A DNA stretch of 64,000 bases from an uncultured Bacteroidales bacterium (GCA_963737255.1 CAVTSB010000003.1:1255-65254), one strand, 5' to 3'; shown: positions 9,618-19,960, counted from the first letter of the stretch. Notes: generated by a model from the sequence alone, not told the origin. Translations and numbers: made by a program.

Positions 9618-10235
9618 ATGTTACAAGATAAGATTCCCATTCCAACTGATCATTTTTTTAAATTTCTTGCAATCTCTGGATTAGTTGCTACAATATACTG
9701 TGCATCCTTTCCATTAATTTTTATAACGCCTTATAATGACAAAATAGATGAACATAATTTGTTAGTCGCAGATCTTAAAGCAAAAGAAGGCTATCTTCTG
9801 GGAACTATTAGAGATTTAAAAGGTTATATACCAGATAGTTTAGAAAAGAATCAAATATTTTATTTCCTGAATCTAGGTGATGTCTCAGATACATGCTATT
9901 ATATAAACCTGACTGTTGATTCTTCATTAAATCGGCATATAAAAGAGCTTAATAAGAATTATTTTGAATTAGCAAGGACTAGGTTTAGTTCTGGGGTAAT
10001 GCATGTTTCTATGGATGTGGATTCAAAAAATTTGAAGATTCATGAAATATTAACTTATTTATGCGGATTCCTCGCTTTTGGCTTGACAATTTGGGGAATG
10101 TTCTTATGGTATCGATATCAGAAGAAACTTGATGGTTACCAAATGAAGGTCGACAATCACCAACGATTACTTATCCGTAAGCTTGAACTTGAAATAAAAG
10201 CCCTTGAAAAAAATAATGAGAACACGATTTTATAA
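9618..10235 (+). CDS. hypothetical two-TM membrane protein with C-terminal coiled coil
   Basis: The ORF has hydrophobic segments FLAISGLVATIYCASFPLIFI and ILTYLCGFLAFGLTIWGMFLWY. I recognise no family. Confidence 0.5.
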   Translation: MLQDKIPIPTDHFFKFLAISGLVATIYCASFPLIFITPYNDKIDEHNLLVADLKAKEGYLLGTIRDLKGYIPDSLEKNQIFYFLNLGDVSDTCYYINLTVDSSLNRHIKELNKNYFELARTRFSSGVMHVSMDVDSKNLKIHEILTYLCGFLAFGLTIWGMFLWYRYQKKLDGYQMKVDNHQRLLIRKLELEIKALEKNNENTIL

Positions 10236-10401
10236 GATTAGTGACCCAAGTAATAGCTATTCGGATTGCTCTCATTATGTTTTATCACAGTATTTTATAA
10301 TTACGATAATCAAGTAGTTTTAAGTGTATGATTTGTGAAGTGAACAATTCTGTTATAACAATAAACAATTAATAATTAAGATAATGAAAGGAGATTGAAC
10401 T

Positions 10402-11340
10402 ATGTACACCAAAATTATGAATTGGTCCATAAAAGGACTCAAACTGAAATTATTTTGTTTGTTACTGCCAATGAGTCTTCTATTGGTATCATGCAGCAAA
10501 CCCTTTTATCCGGGTAAATCTGATCCGCTATTGAAGACGATGCAGGCATGTTCAATGGAATGGGGTACGAAAGTAACAGCTAAGATTACTGCAAAATTTG
10601 AAGACCTTAAAAAGGGCGGAGTAGTTGAATGGGAGGCCGCAAGGGAAGCCGGCGGAATCTTGTTAAAAGACTTCAAGAACGATTCGATAAAAAAAGAGGT
10701 TTATGATAAATATATTAATTGCATTAAACCTGCTATTGAGAAATTAATATCCTCTGATCAACGGCCAACGGTTGTATTAATCGGATCTAAAGAGGATTAT
10801 ACAACTTATAAGATGAAGGACTTAGAGCAAACCAGTGTAGAATTGTTGCAGAAGAGATTTGGAAACTTCAATGTTTTACCATTCACTGTTAGTTACATTT
10901 GGGACAATGAAGAGTCGATACGTGAAGTCAAGCCGGCAGTCATTGTAATTCATGCTTCCGCATTTCATAATGATCAGCACAAGGACGAAGCGATATCTAA
11001 ATTTCAAGCCCTCATATTGTCTTTGTATGGATTGTCTGAAACAAAATTTTTGGTATTCTCGCGCCTTCCAGAAGAAAATCCTTCTCCTGATCTCTGTCAG
11101 AGATGGAACCGTCAAGTAGATTTCTTGAGTGGAAAAAAATTCCGCAACCGTCTAATTTTCTACCCGATGCCTGGGGAAGAATCAAACTTTACAGGTAAAG
11201 CAGGGATTGAAGTCAGCCAAATAGTAAGATGCTTAAGTGGATTAGAAGCAACGAGTTACAGTTCAGTTTACTTACGTGAAATTGAAAAAGAAGCGCAGCA
11301 ACGGATACTTAATAGTTCATGCACCCTAGTGAGACGTTAG
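10402..11340 (+). CDS. hypothetical lipoprotein
   Basis: The ORF has a signal and lipobox (LLLVSCSK). I recognise no family. Confidence 0.5.
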   Translation: MYTKIMNWSIKGLKLKLFCLLLPMSLLLVSCSKPFYPGKSDPLLKTMQACSMEWGTKVTAKITAKFEDLKKGGVVEWEAAREAGGILLKDFKNDSIKKEVYDKYINCIKPAIEKLISSDQRPTVVLIGSKEDYTTYKMKDLEQTSVELLQKRFGNFNVLPFTVSYIWDNEESIREVKPAVIVIHASAFHNDQHKDEAISKFQALILSLYGLSETKFLVFSRLPEENPSPDLCQRWNRQVDFLSGKKFRNRLIFYPMPGEESNFTGKAGIEVSQIVRCLSGLEATSYSSVYLREIEKEAQQRILNSSCTLVRR

Positions 11341-11470
11341 AACACCAAAATAACATGTAACTCAGGCAGACCGAGCAATTGCTAGTAATTTTAAGGGCTC
11401 GTTTGTAGTGTCGGGATATTAGGTTAGGGTTGAAGTTGAGAATCCTATTTCCGTAAGTTCTTAGGTGTTC

Positions 11471-11722
11471 GGGTTGCTCTCTTTATGTTGCATTGCAGAA
11501 ATGCTTAGGTAATAGGTATGCAACATAAATCGCAACCCTCACTATTGATTAATGCGAGCCTGCTGCATCCAATTTTAATCGGCAATTCGTGGGTTTGCAA
11601 GAAGCAATATTTCATGACACAGCAAGGCCAAGCCCTTCGGGTTACTGCGTAAGCCTTGCTTTAGTCATTAAATACCCCCACTTACATTTGCCGAAAATTG
11701 TCTGCTACTCGCGACGGCTCGC
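11471..11722. ncRNA. candidate structured RNA region (nested helices, class unknown)
   Basis: Hairpin 11471-11538 pairs GGGTTGC/GCAACCC and TTATGTTGC/GCAACATAA. A second domain at 11554-11722 has P1 GCGAGCC/GGCTCGC, P2 AATTTT-CGGCAA/TTGCCGAAAATT, and hairpin 11614-11668 with an 8+5 bp stem and a CCC-UUCG-GG tip. Confidence 0.35.
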
Positions 11723-12239
11723 CTGATAATTAATTCTCGATTTTATTTCAATGTCCAATAAATGTTAAAGGAAATAGGTTTTTTGGCTATGATGTTCAGG
11801 ATTAGAGCCAGTTCTAACCCATCTTAATCATAAATGCTTGTTTAATTGGTATTAGCCTGTATTTCAATAATATACGTATTATTGAATTTGGCAAATAAGG
11901 CCATTCCCAGCCCGTTTAAGACCCGATCTCCCTTTTCCTGGTATCTACCTATTTCTGAAATGCAAAGTGTCCTAAAATGCATTATATCAAGCAAATACGC
12001 GATTTTGTCATTTCTGACATTATATAACAGATTGTATTAATGTATGTTATTGTAATAATTGACACAGGGAATTTGGGAACAGAATTACGGAATAATAATT
12101 CATTACAGTCTTAGGATATCAATCAAAGGATAATAGTAAAATATTTCTGCGATTTTCACTTCCCTATTCTCCAGATATTGCCTAATTTCGATCAACGTAG
12201 AAAGTCAGACAATTGCATCAAGCATTGGAAGTGTTGAGG

Positions 12240-12470
12240 TTTGAAGGGAAGTGGCTGTTGTGACTGACCAGGCAGTGCTATAATAAAACCGTTATGGCAC
12301 AATTATGCCACATAACTGTTTGAAAAGGTGACTGATCTAAGCCATATCCAGGAGTTGCTGGGGCATAAGAGCAGCAGGGCAATTTTGATTTATACTCATG
12401 TATACGACTCAGAGCATACAGAAGATCAGTTGTCCGTTTGATGATCTTTAAGGAAGTTGAAAAAAGGACC
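12240..12470 (+). pseudogene. tyrosine recombinase/integrase, C-terminal fossil with stop and frameshifts
   Basis: AIIKPLWHNYAT*LFEKVTDLSHIQELLGHKSSRAILIYTHV corresponds to the family pattern HxLRHSFATHLLExGxDLxxIQxLLGHxSxxTTxIYTHV. The terminal SPFDDL-like CPFDDL lies in another frame. Confidence 0.7.
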
Positions 12471-12680
12471 ATCATTGAGAATATTTGGTATAAAAGATGA
12501 GTTACTTTAATATGAGTAATAGGAACGTAGATTTTCCGGGTTAGGAATTCTATAACTATAAATTCAACTCATGTGGACAGAGTTTACAACACCACAGAAA
12601 TAAAGCTACATTTTGATGATTTATAACCAGTTAGCAAAAATTTGTGATAATCATTAGAGTTTAATTTAACCCCTAAAGAA

Positions 12681-13901
12681 ATGAAAACAAAGCTTCTAAT
12701 TTTAACAATGATCCTGTTATGTTCCTGTGGCAGCAAAAGCACTCATGATAATAACAACTCTTTTATCAAAATCGACCTCTTTTCAGAGCCCTCATCTGTG
12801 ATTTCAAATCTATCTGACATCGCCTCTAATGTAGAATATGTTCCTCTTCAAACTTCTGAAAATTCTATGGTTTCTACAATTTCTAATGTGAAAACCAACG
12901 GCGATATAATAATTGTATCTAGTTTTAGTTTTAGTAATCCTGAATTAATTTGTTTCGATAGAAATGGGCGTTATCTTAAAAAATTAAGCAAATACGGCAG
13001 AGGACCAGGAGAATACTTTGTTATTGGAGATTTTGATATTAACTATAAAGCAAATATTCTTGTATTGTTATCAAACACCATTATAATGGTATATGACATT
13101 ATAGGGAACGAATTTGTTTTTAATAAGTCTTTGAATTATAACTCAACTTACTACAATCGAATTGATAAAATTAATTTTATTCCAGGTCAAAATAATATTT
13201 TACTTTCATACTTAAGCACTACGTTTGAAAAATTTCGAAATCTAGTAATCAACCTTAATGGAGATACACTTGATACCAGACTCAATAATTACAAATTCAC
13301 AATTGATCCAACTCAAGGAAAGGAACAACAGGTTCTTGCGTCACCCTATGAAAACATAAGTTACAATTATAATAATTCCCTGCATTTTAGAGACTGGTTC
13401 TCTGATACAGTCTTTACAATTGGTCAATCAAATAGTATCATTCCCTATTTAAGGTTTAATTCAAATGGCAAGCAATTTAATCCGGATGATTTGGCTAAAT
13501 TATATGTTTTGCAACATAGTGGAGGTAGTTATCCAGATGATTATGTTACAGTTGATTTTATTATGGAAAGTCCGCGATATATAGTTTACAACTATACATA
13601 TAAAAAGGCAACTATTTATGAATTACATGATAAGGTAATGAATAAAAAAATTGGAATTAGGACCAAACCTTTCTTAGAAGATGATATTACGGGCGGACTA
13701 AATGTTGAGCCTAAATTAAGTTTCAATGGCAAATTGTATTCCTGGGTTGAAGCAATCGATTTGAAGAACCATGTTTCAAGCGAGGAATTTAAGACTTCAG
13801 TTGTAAAAAATCCTAAAAAGAAACAAGACTTAGAAACATTGGCTAACACACTTAAAGAAACTGATAATCCGGTTCTAGTTGTAGTGACTCTTAAAAACTG
13901 A
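12681..13901 (+). CDS. 6-bladed beta-propeller lipoprotein (BF3164-like family), paralog A
   Basis: It has a lipobox (LLCSCG) and the shared motifs SDIASNVEYVPLQTS, GRGPGEYF and C-terminal ETDNPVLVVVTLKN. Confidence 0.7.
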   Translation: MKTKLLILTMILLCSCGSKSTHDNNNSFIKIDLFSEPSSVISNLSDIASNVEYVPLQTSENSMVSTISNVKTNGDIIIVSSFSFSNPELICFDRNGRYLKKLSKYGRGPGEYFVIGDFDINYKANILVLLSNTIIMVYDIIGNEFVFNKSLNYNSTYYNRIDKINFIPGQNNILLSYLSTTFEKFRNLVINLNGDTLDTRLNNYKFTIDPTQGKEQQVLASPYENISYNYNNSLHFRDWFSDTVFTIGQSNSIIPYLRFNSNGKQFNPDDLAKLYVLQHSGGSYPDDYVTVDFIMESPRYIVYNYTYKKATIYELHDKVMNKKIGIRTKPFLEDDITGGLNVEPKLSFNGKLYSWVEAIDLKNHVSSEEFKTSVVKNPKKKQDLETLANTLKETDNPVLVVVTLKN

Positions 13902-14332
13902 TCATCCCGATAGAAATAAAACAAAACTTTTGCTAACACGGATGGTATGGGTAATTGCCTTCAGCAGCCCGGACAGTTTGGTAATCAGCTCCAAAAGTCT
14001 ATGCGATGTAAATTCAGTATCACTTATTAAACTTTGTGTACCATGACTACTCCTGCTACCGAGACAAAGTCAATAGGGCTGCTGGCCGACGCGCAGTTGT
14101 CATGGTTTTTGCATCGCCAACTTAGACAGTTTTATCGTGACGGGACAAATCCTGCCCATCTACCGGGACTCAGCCATCTGGACAACTTTATCTGGACGAG
14201 AAAACTCTACGTCCGTCTACCGGGACTTTGCAAAAACTCATGCCAACCCTGACACAGACGGCAACTCCCTATACCACCGGGCCGTTAGCAATCATACGAG
14301 ACAATACACATTCCCATATAATATAAACTATT

Positions 14333-15064
14333 ATGCAGCAGATTGATTGGAATAAATGGCTAACATTAATTGCAACATTGGCTCTATTTGTTGCTATTCT
14401 AATACCATTAATTCAGAAAAAATATGAAGAAAGAAAAGCTAAAACTAGCTTTCAGATGTATCTCAAAAAATATTTTGGGATACTCTTTAATATACTAACT
14501 TACGACAAAATTGAATATACAAAGCCATCTGCAAAGGATTCCCCAGAAAAACTTCAATTATCATTTGGTGATTATATTAACAAGTTCGAGATAGACTTAA
14601 AAGAAAATCGAAATACAGTTCAATTTAGAGTCGCATTTTCAATTATTTTCAATCTTCAAAACTTACTATTTGTAATTCACCGGATTCAACTAGCAATTAA
14701 GCAAACTGATACAAATAAATTATATGAGCAAACTCTTGAATATGGGAACAGCCTGACTAAAAAAGAATTAAATAAAATATATGCAATTCTACTATTAATG
14801 GAGCATTTCACATCGGTTACCTCATTTCATGACAGGTTTGGGTCGATGAAATCTATTCAGCGAGAGAATAATGAAGAAGTATGGATTGGGCTAAAAGTTG
14901 ATCAAAAATTATTAAAAAACCAACAATTAATTCTAGAGGATTTTCAACACTTAAACAATGATGAATCAAGTATTCATGAAATAGTAAATATTAGCAAACT
15001 ATTGTTACAGGAAGTTAAAATCTTCTACGAATTTGAGAAACTAATGAAGAAGAAAAGAAAATAG
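14333..15064 (+). CDS. hypothetical membrane-anchored helical protein
   Basis: The ORF has one N-terminal TM segment (WLTLIATLALFVAILIPLI). I recognise no family. Confidence 0.45.
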   Translation: MQQIDWNKWLTLIATLALFVAILIPLIQKKYEERKAKTSFQMYLKKYFGILFNILTYDKIEYTKPSAKDSPEKLQLSFGDYINKFEIDLKENRNTVQFRVAFSIIFNLQNLLFVIHRIQLAIKQTDTNKLYEQTLEYGNSLTKKELNKIYAILLLMEHFTSVTSFHDRFGSMKSIQRENNEEVWIGLKVDQKLLKNQQLILEDFQHLNNDESSIHEIVNISKLLLQEVKIFYEFEKLMKKKRK

Positions 15065-15082
15065 TACAATTGCTGATACATA

Positions 15083-15120
15083 GGGCTTCATAAGGTGCGA
15101 AGCACCCAGTAATGAAGCCC
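15083..15120. repeat. conserved compound hairpin module, copy 1
   Basis: GGGCTTCAT-aa-GGTGC-gaa-GCACC-cagta-ATGAAGCCC lies directly downstream of the ORF ending at 15064. Confidence 0.8.
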
Positions 15121-15366
15121 ACATTGAAGTAAATCCCTTCCATGTCTTTAATATGGGGATTCAATGGGATCTTTTAATGATTGTTTATTTACGACACAAA
15201 GGAAGCCTTGAAAAAGATCCTGACAATCTTTCGGAAGATGCAGAGGTGTTCCTTAATTGCGGCTTTTAGTGAAAAGAACTGGGTAAACTGCCTGTTTCAT
15301 AGATTGGTTTTTTAATTTATCGGCTGAAGGAGTATCTAAGGATGCTCGTTTAAGTGTTTTTGTCCA

Positions 15367-15528
15367 TTTTCGACCTCACAGGAGCTGTTTTGAGGCATTT
15401 TGGTGGGCATGGAGTACTTATACCGGAATTTGCGGCATGTAGTAATGTTTCCGGGAAAAACCGCCATTATCGGGAAAACAATTAAAACCGGCAAGAATTC
15501 AGACAGTTTGTTAGACAGACTGCCGTTA
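15367..15528. repeat. 162-bp dispersed repeat, copy 1 (ends in the box TTAGACAGACTGCCGTTA)
   Basis: It aligns without gaps to 21478-21639. I counted about 13 mismatches in 162 positions by eye. Confidence 0.9.
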
Positions 15529-15569
15529 TAGGCAAGCACGAGGCTAATCACTACTTAAATTACCTGATT

Positions 15570-16817
15570 ATGATCTTAGACTTAGAGAAGCAGCTAGCAA
15601 AAAGCAAAAGCTACACATTTATAGTAGTTATGATCCTCTTAATTATAACCGTTAGTTGTGTTCCACCAACTAAAAAAGTTGATACACTCAAGGCAAAAAA
15701 TTCTTTCTACAAAATTGATGTAGCTAATCTAATGAATAAGCAAAGAGAGGTATATCTTTCCGAAATTGCTGATTCAATTGAGTATGTACCATTAGAAACC
15801 TCAAAAATCTCATTACTCGACTTTATTTTTGATGCTCAATTTACCAAAGATTTTATTTTTATTCATCAAGCTAAGGGTCCCCTAGCGCAGTTTGACAGGT
15901 CAGGGAAGTTTATCCGATACATTAGCCGAATTGGAAGGGGACCTGAAGAATACGGACTAATAAGGGAATTCAGCGTAGATGAAGTCAATCGCAATATTTT
16001 CATTCATTCGAATTATACCAGAACAATTAACATTTATTCCTTTGAAGGGGAATTTTTAAGAACCGTCAGATATCCAGACGATTATGGGAATATTGTGTGG
16101 AGCAGAGATAGTTTATTCATGTGCTTTAGTGAACCTAAAATGGGAAAAGAAGAAACTGTTTTTGATGAAAGAAATAGTAAGGGTGAAATTATTCAATCAA
16201 TTAAAAACCATTTTTTCTGGCAAAATAACAGCAATTATAGTTTTATGTCTGGGTTTAATGTAAGGAATGTATTTTACAGACTTCATAATACACTCAACTT
16301 CAAAGGTTGGTATAATGATACAGTATACACTTTCAGTGACGACAATAAATTCATTCCTAAGTTTCTTTTAGAACTTAGAAATAATAAATTGCCAGATCAA
16401 TTAAGACCGGAAGTGACACAAAAGCCCGTGAGTTCTCCTGAGTTCTATTGGGCTAGTGTTAAGGAATCATCTAGATTTGCTTTCATTATTTATGGCACCT
16501 ATGCAGATAAAAATTTACGAATTATTGATATTGGTCTAATCTGCTATGATAAATTGAATGCGACTGGTTTTTCTGTTTTAAACAAAAATGAGAAGTCTGA
16601 GTTCATAAATGACTTGGATAATGGGCCTGATTTTGAACCTGAATACATAAATGATTCATTGGCATTCTGTTTCATATCAGCTTCGAGGTTTTTAAGATTT
16701 CTAAAAACAGATAGTCCCCACGTAAATAATGACAAGAAGGAGATTCTTATTAACAAGTTCAAGAAATTAGAAGAGAGCGATAATCCTATATTAATGAAAG
16801 TAAGATTAAAGCTATAA
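15570..16817 (+). CDS. 6-bladed beta-propeller lipoprotein, paralog B
   Basis: It has a lipobox (ITVSCV) and the motifs SEIADSIEYVPLETS, GRGPEEYG and C-terminal ESDNPILMKVRLKL. It is closest to paralog D. Confidence 0.7.
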   Translation: MILDLEKQLAKSKSYTFIVVMILLIITVSCVPPTKKVDTLKAKNSFYKIDVANLMNKQREVYLSEIADSIEYVPLETSKISLLDFIFDAQFTKDFIFIHQAKGPLAQFDRSGKFIRYISRIGRGPEEYGLIREFSVDEVNRNIFIHSNYTRTINIYSFEGEFLRTVRYPDDYGNIVWSRDSLFMCFSEPKMGKEETVFDERNSKGEIIQSIKNHFFWQNNSNYSFMSGFNVRNVFYRLHNTLNFKGWYNDTVYTFSDDNKFIPKFLLELRNNKLPDQLRPEVTQKPVSSPEFYWASVKESSRFAFIIYGTYADKNLRIIDIGLICYDKLNATGFSVLNKNEKSEFINDLDNGPDFEPEYINDSLAFCFISASRFLRFLKTDSPHVNNDKKEILINKFKKLEESDNPILMKVRLKL

Positions 16818-16979
16818 TCAAATTATTATAGAATGAAGACCTTTAAATCAGACTACACAAAGAGACAAAAAAACATTCGTCTACCATGACAAATTGTGGA
16901 AGCCTGCCTATAACGGACGATAAAAGTCATTTTTTTGTCACGGTTTTTGCGGGCTTCCTCTTTCTAGCAAGTTTATCAT

Positions 16980-17290
16980 CCTAAGTTGTACCCGGATACG
17001 CTCATCTGCCCGCTACCAAAATTCTGCACCATGACAAATATATGGCTCCGACCCAATTTGTACCGCGACACTGCACCAACGGCTTCGAACAAGTTACTGC
17101 ACCATGACAGATACCGGTCACCCGCAAGTTTGTACCGCGATTACGCCTGCACGCCATAAAAATTGTACCATGACGGCAAAAACCGCGCCATGCTTCGCTC
17201 CCGACGGCCTTAGTAAAACCGTGATGAAAACGCGAAATCCTGCCGACGGCCCCCGGTCGCTCAGCAACAAAAACGCCTTCTATTGCCGGG
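16980..17290. repeat. GC-rich degenerate tandem repeat with roughly 35-bp period
   Basis: Successive units start AAnTT.TGYACC(AT/GC)GAC at about 17018, 17055, 17091, 17126 and 17158. Confidence 0.6.
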
Positions 17291-17294
17291 CCGT

Positions 17295-17403
17295 CAGTCT
17301 GTCTAATAACTAAAATGAAGCCCCTGAGAATTGAATATTTGAAATTTTTTGTGTATAGGTATCCAAAGAAATGAGTAAGCAAAATGGGTTATTAGACAGA
17401 CTG
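17295..17403. repeat. 16-bp perfect inverted repeat with a 77-nt loop
   Basis: CAGTCTGTCTAATAAC at 17295-17310 is the exact reverse complement of GTTATTAGACAGACTG at 17388-17403. Confidence 0.9.
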
Positions 17404-17502
17404 CCATTAGCAATAAGGCAATTTCAGTACGCAAATTTCAAATACAAATAATATCCTCTAGACAATAGTCAAGACTTAGATAGATTCAAAGAATCTTCAA
17501 AA

Positions 17503-19886
17503 ATGCTTATTAAAATGTTTAAAAATTATTTTAAATCAGCATTCAGTTTTTGGAAACATAACAAAATATTTGCATCCATAAATGCAATGAGTTTGTCAAT
17601 AGCACTTGCCATTTCTTTCATTATTATGCTTTATGTTGTAAATGAGTATAGTTATGATAGATGCCATGCAAATCATAAAGGATTTTCAGGGTTCTTAACT
17701 ATTATGTCGATTATAAGAAATCATATACAGAAACTCCATACGTTTTAGCCTCAGCACTAAAAGCTGAGTATCCCCAGGTTGAAAAATCCATATCTGTAAT
17801 ATCCAAAGCTAGCATAATAATAAAAGTTGAAGATGAAGATTTTACTGTATCTGATGCAGTTTTTACTAATTCTGAAGTTTTTGACATTTTCACACTTCCA
17901 ATTGTAAAGAAAGTACAACAAGGAGACCTTATGGAGGATAAAAATTCAATTGTCATTTCCCAGGAGTTAGCAAAAAAAATCTTCCCGGGACAGGATCCAA
18001 TCGGAAAGAGAATCACAATTAGTTCATCAGATGGAGATTTACAATTTTTTGTCAAAGCTGTTTTCAGGGATATCCCTTTGAATTCGACTTTCAAAGCTCA
18101 ATGTCTTTTTAGTAGTAAACTGATTATTGAAAACCTTAACAAAGCTTATAATGTTACAAATTCAGACAAGGACTGGACCAAAAACTCATTTGTAACCTGG
18201 ATTTTACTATCAAAAAACTCTGATGCAAAGGAATTAGAAGAACAATTCCAGGCTTTTGAGCTTAAGAACCTTGGCCAGAATTCTCATTATCATTATTTAC
18301 TTCAAAATTTATCAAAAGTTTACCTGGGTTCTGAAAATATCGGAAATGCCGGAATAAAAGGCAATACAAAGAATATAAAATTATTTATTACAATCGCTCT
18401 TTTAATAATTCTCGTTGCTTCAGCAAATTATATAATCCTGTCTACTTCTGTTTCATCTGAGCGTATGAAGGAAATTGGGTTGCGTAAAACATTTGGAGCA
18501 AATAATCGTGAAATTAAATATCAATTATACATCGAGTCTGTTTTAATGGCAATAGGGATAATGCCGATCTCAATTTTAATTATGTGGTCAGCTCTCCCAG
18601 CCGCAAGCAAGTTGTTCCAGACACCTATACAAATATTACCCTCAAACATACCGGCTTACATATTGATCTTCTTTACAATAACTTTGTCCATCGGTATTTT
18701 ATCCGGGGTATATATTTCCACAATCCTTTCAAGACTAGAGGTTACTAACATCATAAAGAAATCTATTCAAACAGGCAAAAGGAAAACTCTCCTACGCTCG
18801 TCGCTTATTGTATTTCAATTAATCATTTTTTGTTCTTTTGTATCATCCGTGCTCATTCTACACTCCCAATATCAATATGCAATTAAAAGAGATCCCGGAC
18901 ATTATAACAGTAACTTAATTATATTAAATCTTGGTCGAAATTTTAATGGATATTCAGCATTACTTAATGACCTTAAAGCTAATACTAATGTTATAATGGC
19001 TGCTGGATGTGCAGAATGCGTACCTATGCAGAATTCAGCAACAGGAATATACCAGAATTTCCAGGATAAAGAAGTTCGGGTACAAGTAGAGGCAATGTAT
19101 GTTGATTTCAATTTTTTGGAAACGTTGGGGATAAAACTGGTTGAGGGACGTTTTTTTTCCAAAGAATTTGGGAGTGATCAGACGCAATCTGTAATATTAA
19201 ACGAAACTGCTGTGAAGAAGTTAGGTATTGTAAATCCTGTTGGGCAAAAGATTGCAGGTTCGACTATTATAGGGGTTGTCGAGGATTTTAACCTTCATTC
19301 AATACATACAGAGATTCCACCAACAATGATTGAGTTGAAAAACGAAATTCATTGGCAGTTAGTTGTTCGTTATATGCCAGGTTCCTTTAAAAATGTCCTT
19401 CAGATGCTGGAGTCAGAATGGAAAAAATTTGATACCGGCCAGCCATTTAGTTATAATACAATTGAAGACCTGATTTCAGGCATATATTTATCAGAAAAGA
19501 AGTTGGGTATTTCAGTAGGTATTTATGCAATTATAGCAATTTTAATTGCTGCATCAGGATTATTTGGGTTAACTCTTTTTATTGCCAGAACCAGGACAAA
19601 AGAAATAGGAATAAAGAAAGTGTTTGGATGTTCTGAAAAATCAATTATTTACTCTTTTCTATGGGAAAACTTTGTCCTCGTACTTATAGCCGGATCAATA
19701 TCTATTCCTGTAACTCTTTATTTCATGACTAACTGGTTAAAGGATTTCGCTTATAAAATTAATATTAATTGGTGGGCATTAGTGATACCTTTTTTAATTG
19801 CTTTGATTATTGTTCAGTTGACCGTTTTTGTTTATTCATTCAACGTATCTAGAATCAATCCTGTTAACGCTCTGAAATACGAATAG
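17503..19886 (+). CDS. ABC transporter permease, FtsX/MacB-like, one frameshift as assembled
   Basis: ORFs 17503..17748 and 17931..19886 join if one A is added to the A-run at 17677-17679, giving HKRIFRVLNYYVDYKK. FtsX motifs are IGLRKTFGANNREI and IGIKKVFGCSEKSII. Confidence 0.8.
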
Positions 19887-19960
19887 CAATAAAAATTCTT
19901 TGTCTTTAATTAAATCTAAATTAACAGATTATATAAAATAGTCCTAACAGCTAATACATA

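Noticed and set aside
14034-14346. ORFs in GC-rich spacers (14034..14252, 14137..14346, 17002..17382, 17104..17313, 22922..23128)
   Set aside because: They overlap on both strands and lie in repeat-rich, GC-rich non-coding spacers. Their composition is Pro/Arg/Ala/Thr-rich, typical of random GC-rich ORFs, and I recognise no family.
15336-15551. Homologous minus-strand ORFs 15336..15551 and 21459..21647 as a small protein family
   Set aside because: Their similarity is explained by the 162-bp DNA repeat. They oppose all neighbouring genes, have different N-termini and no motifs. I kept them as a repeat, and this could be revisited if substitutions prove codon-biased.
16980-17290. Possible CRISPR array suggested by the roughly 35-bp periodicity
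   Set aside because: The repeat units are degenerate rather than identical. There is no clear repeat/spacer alternation, no leader, and no cas genes in the window.
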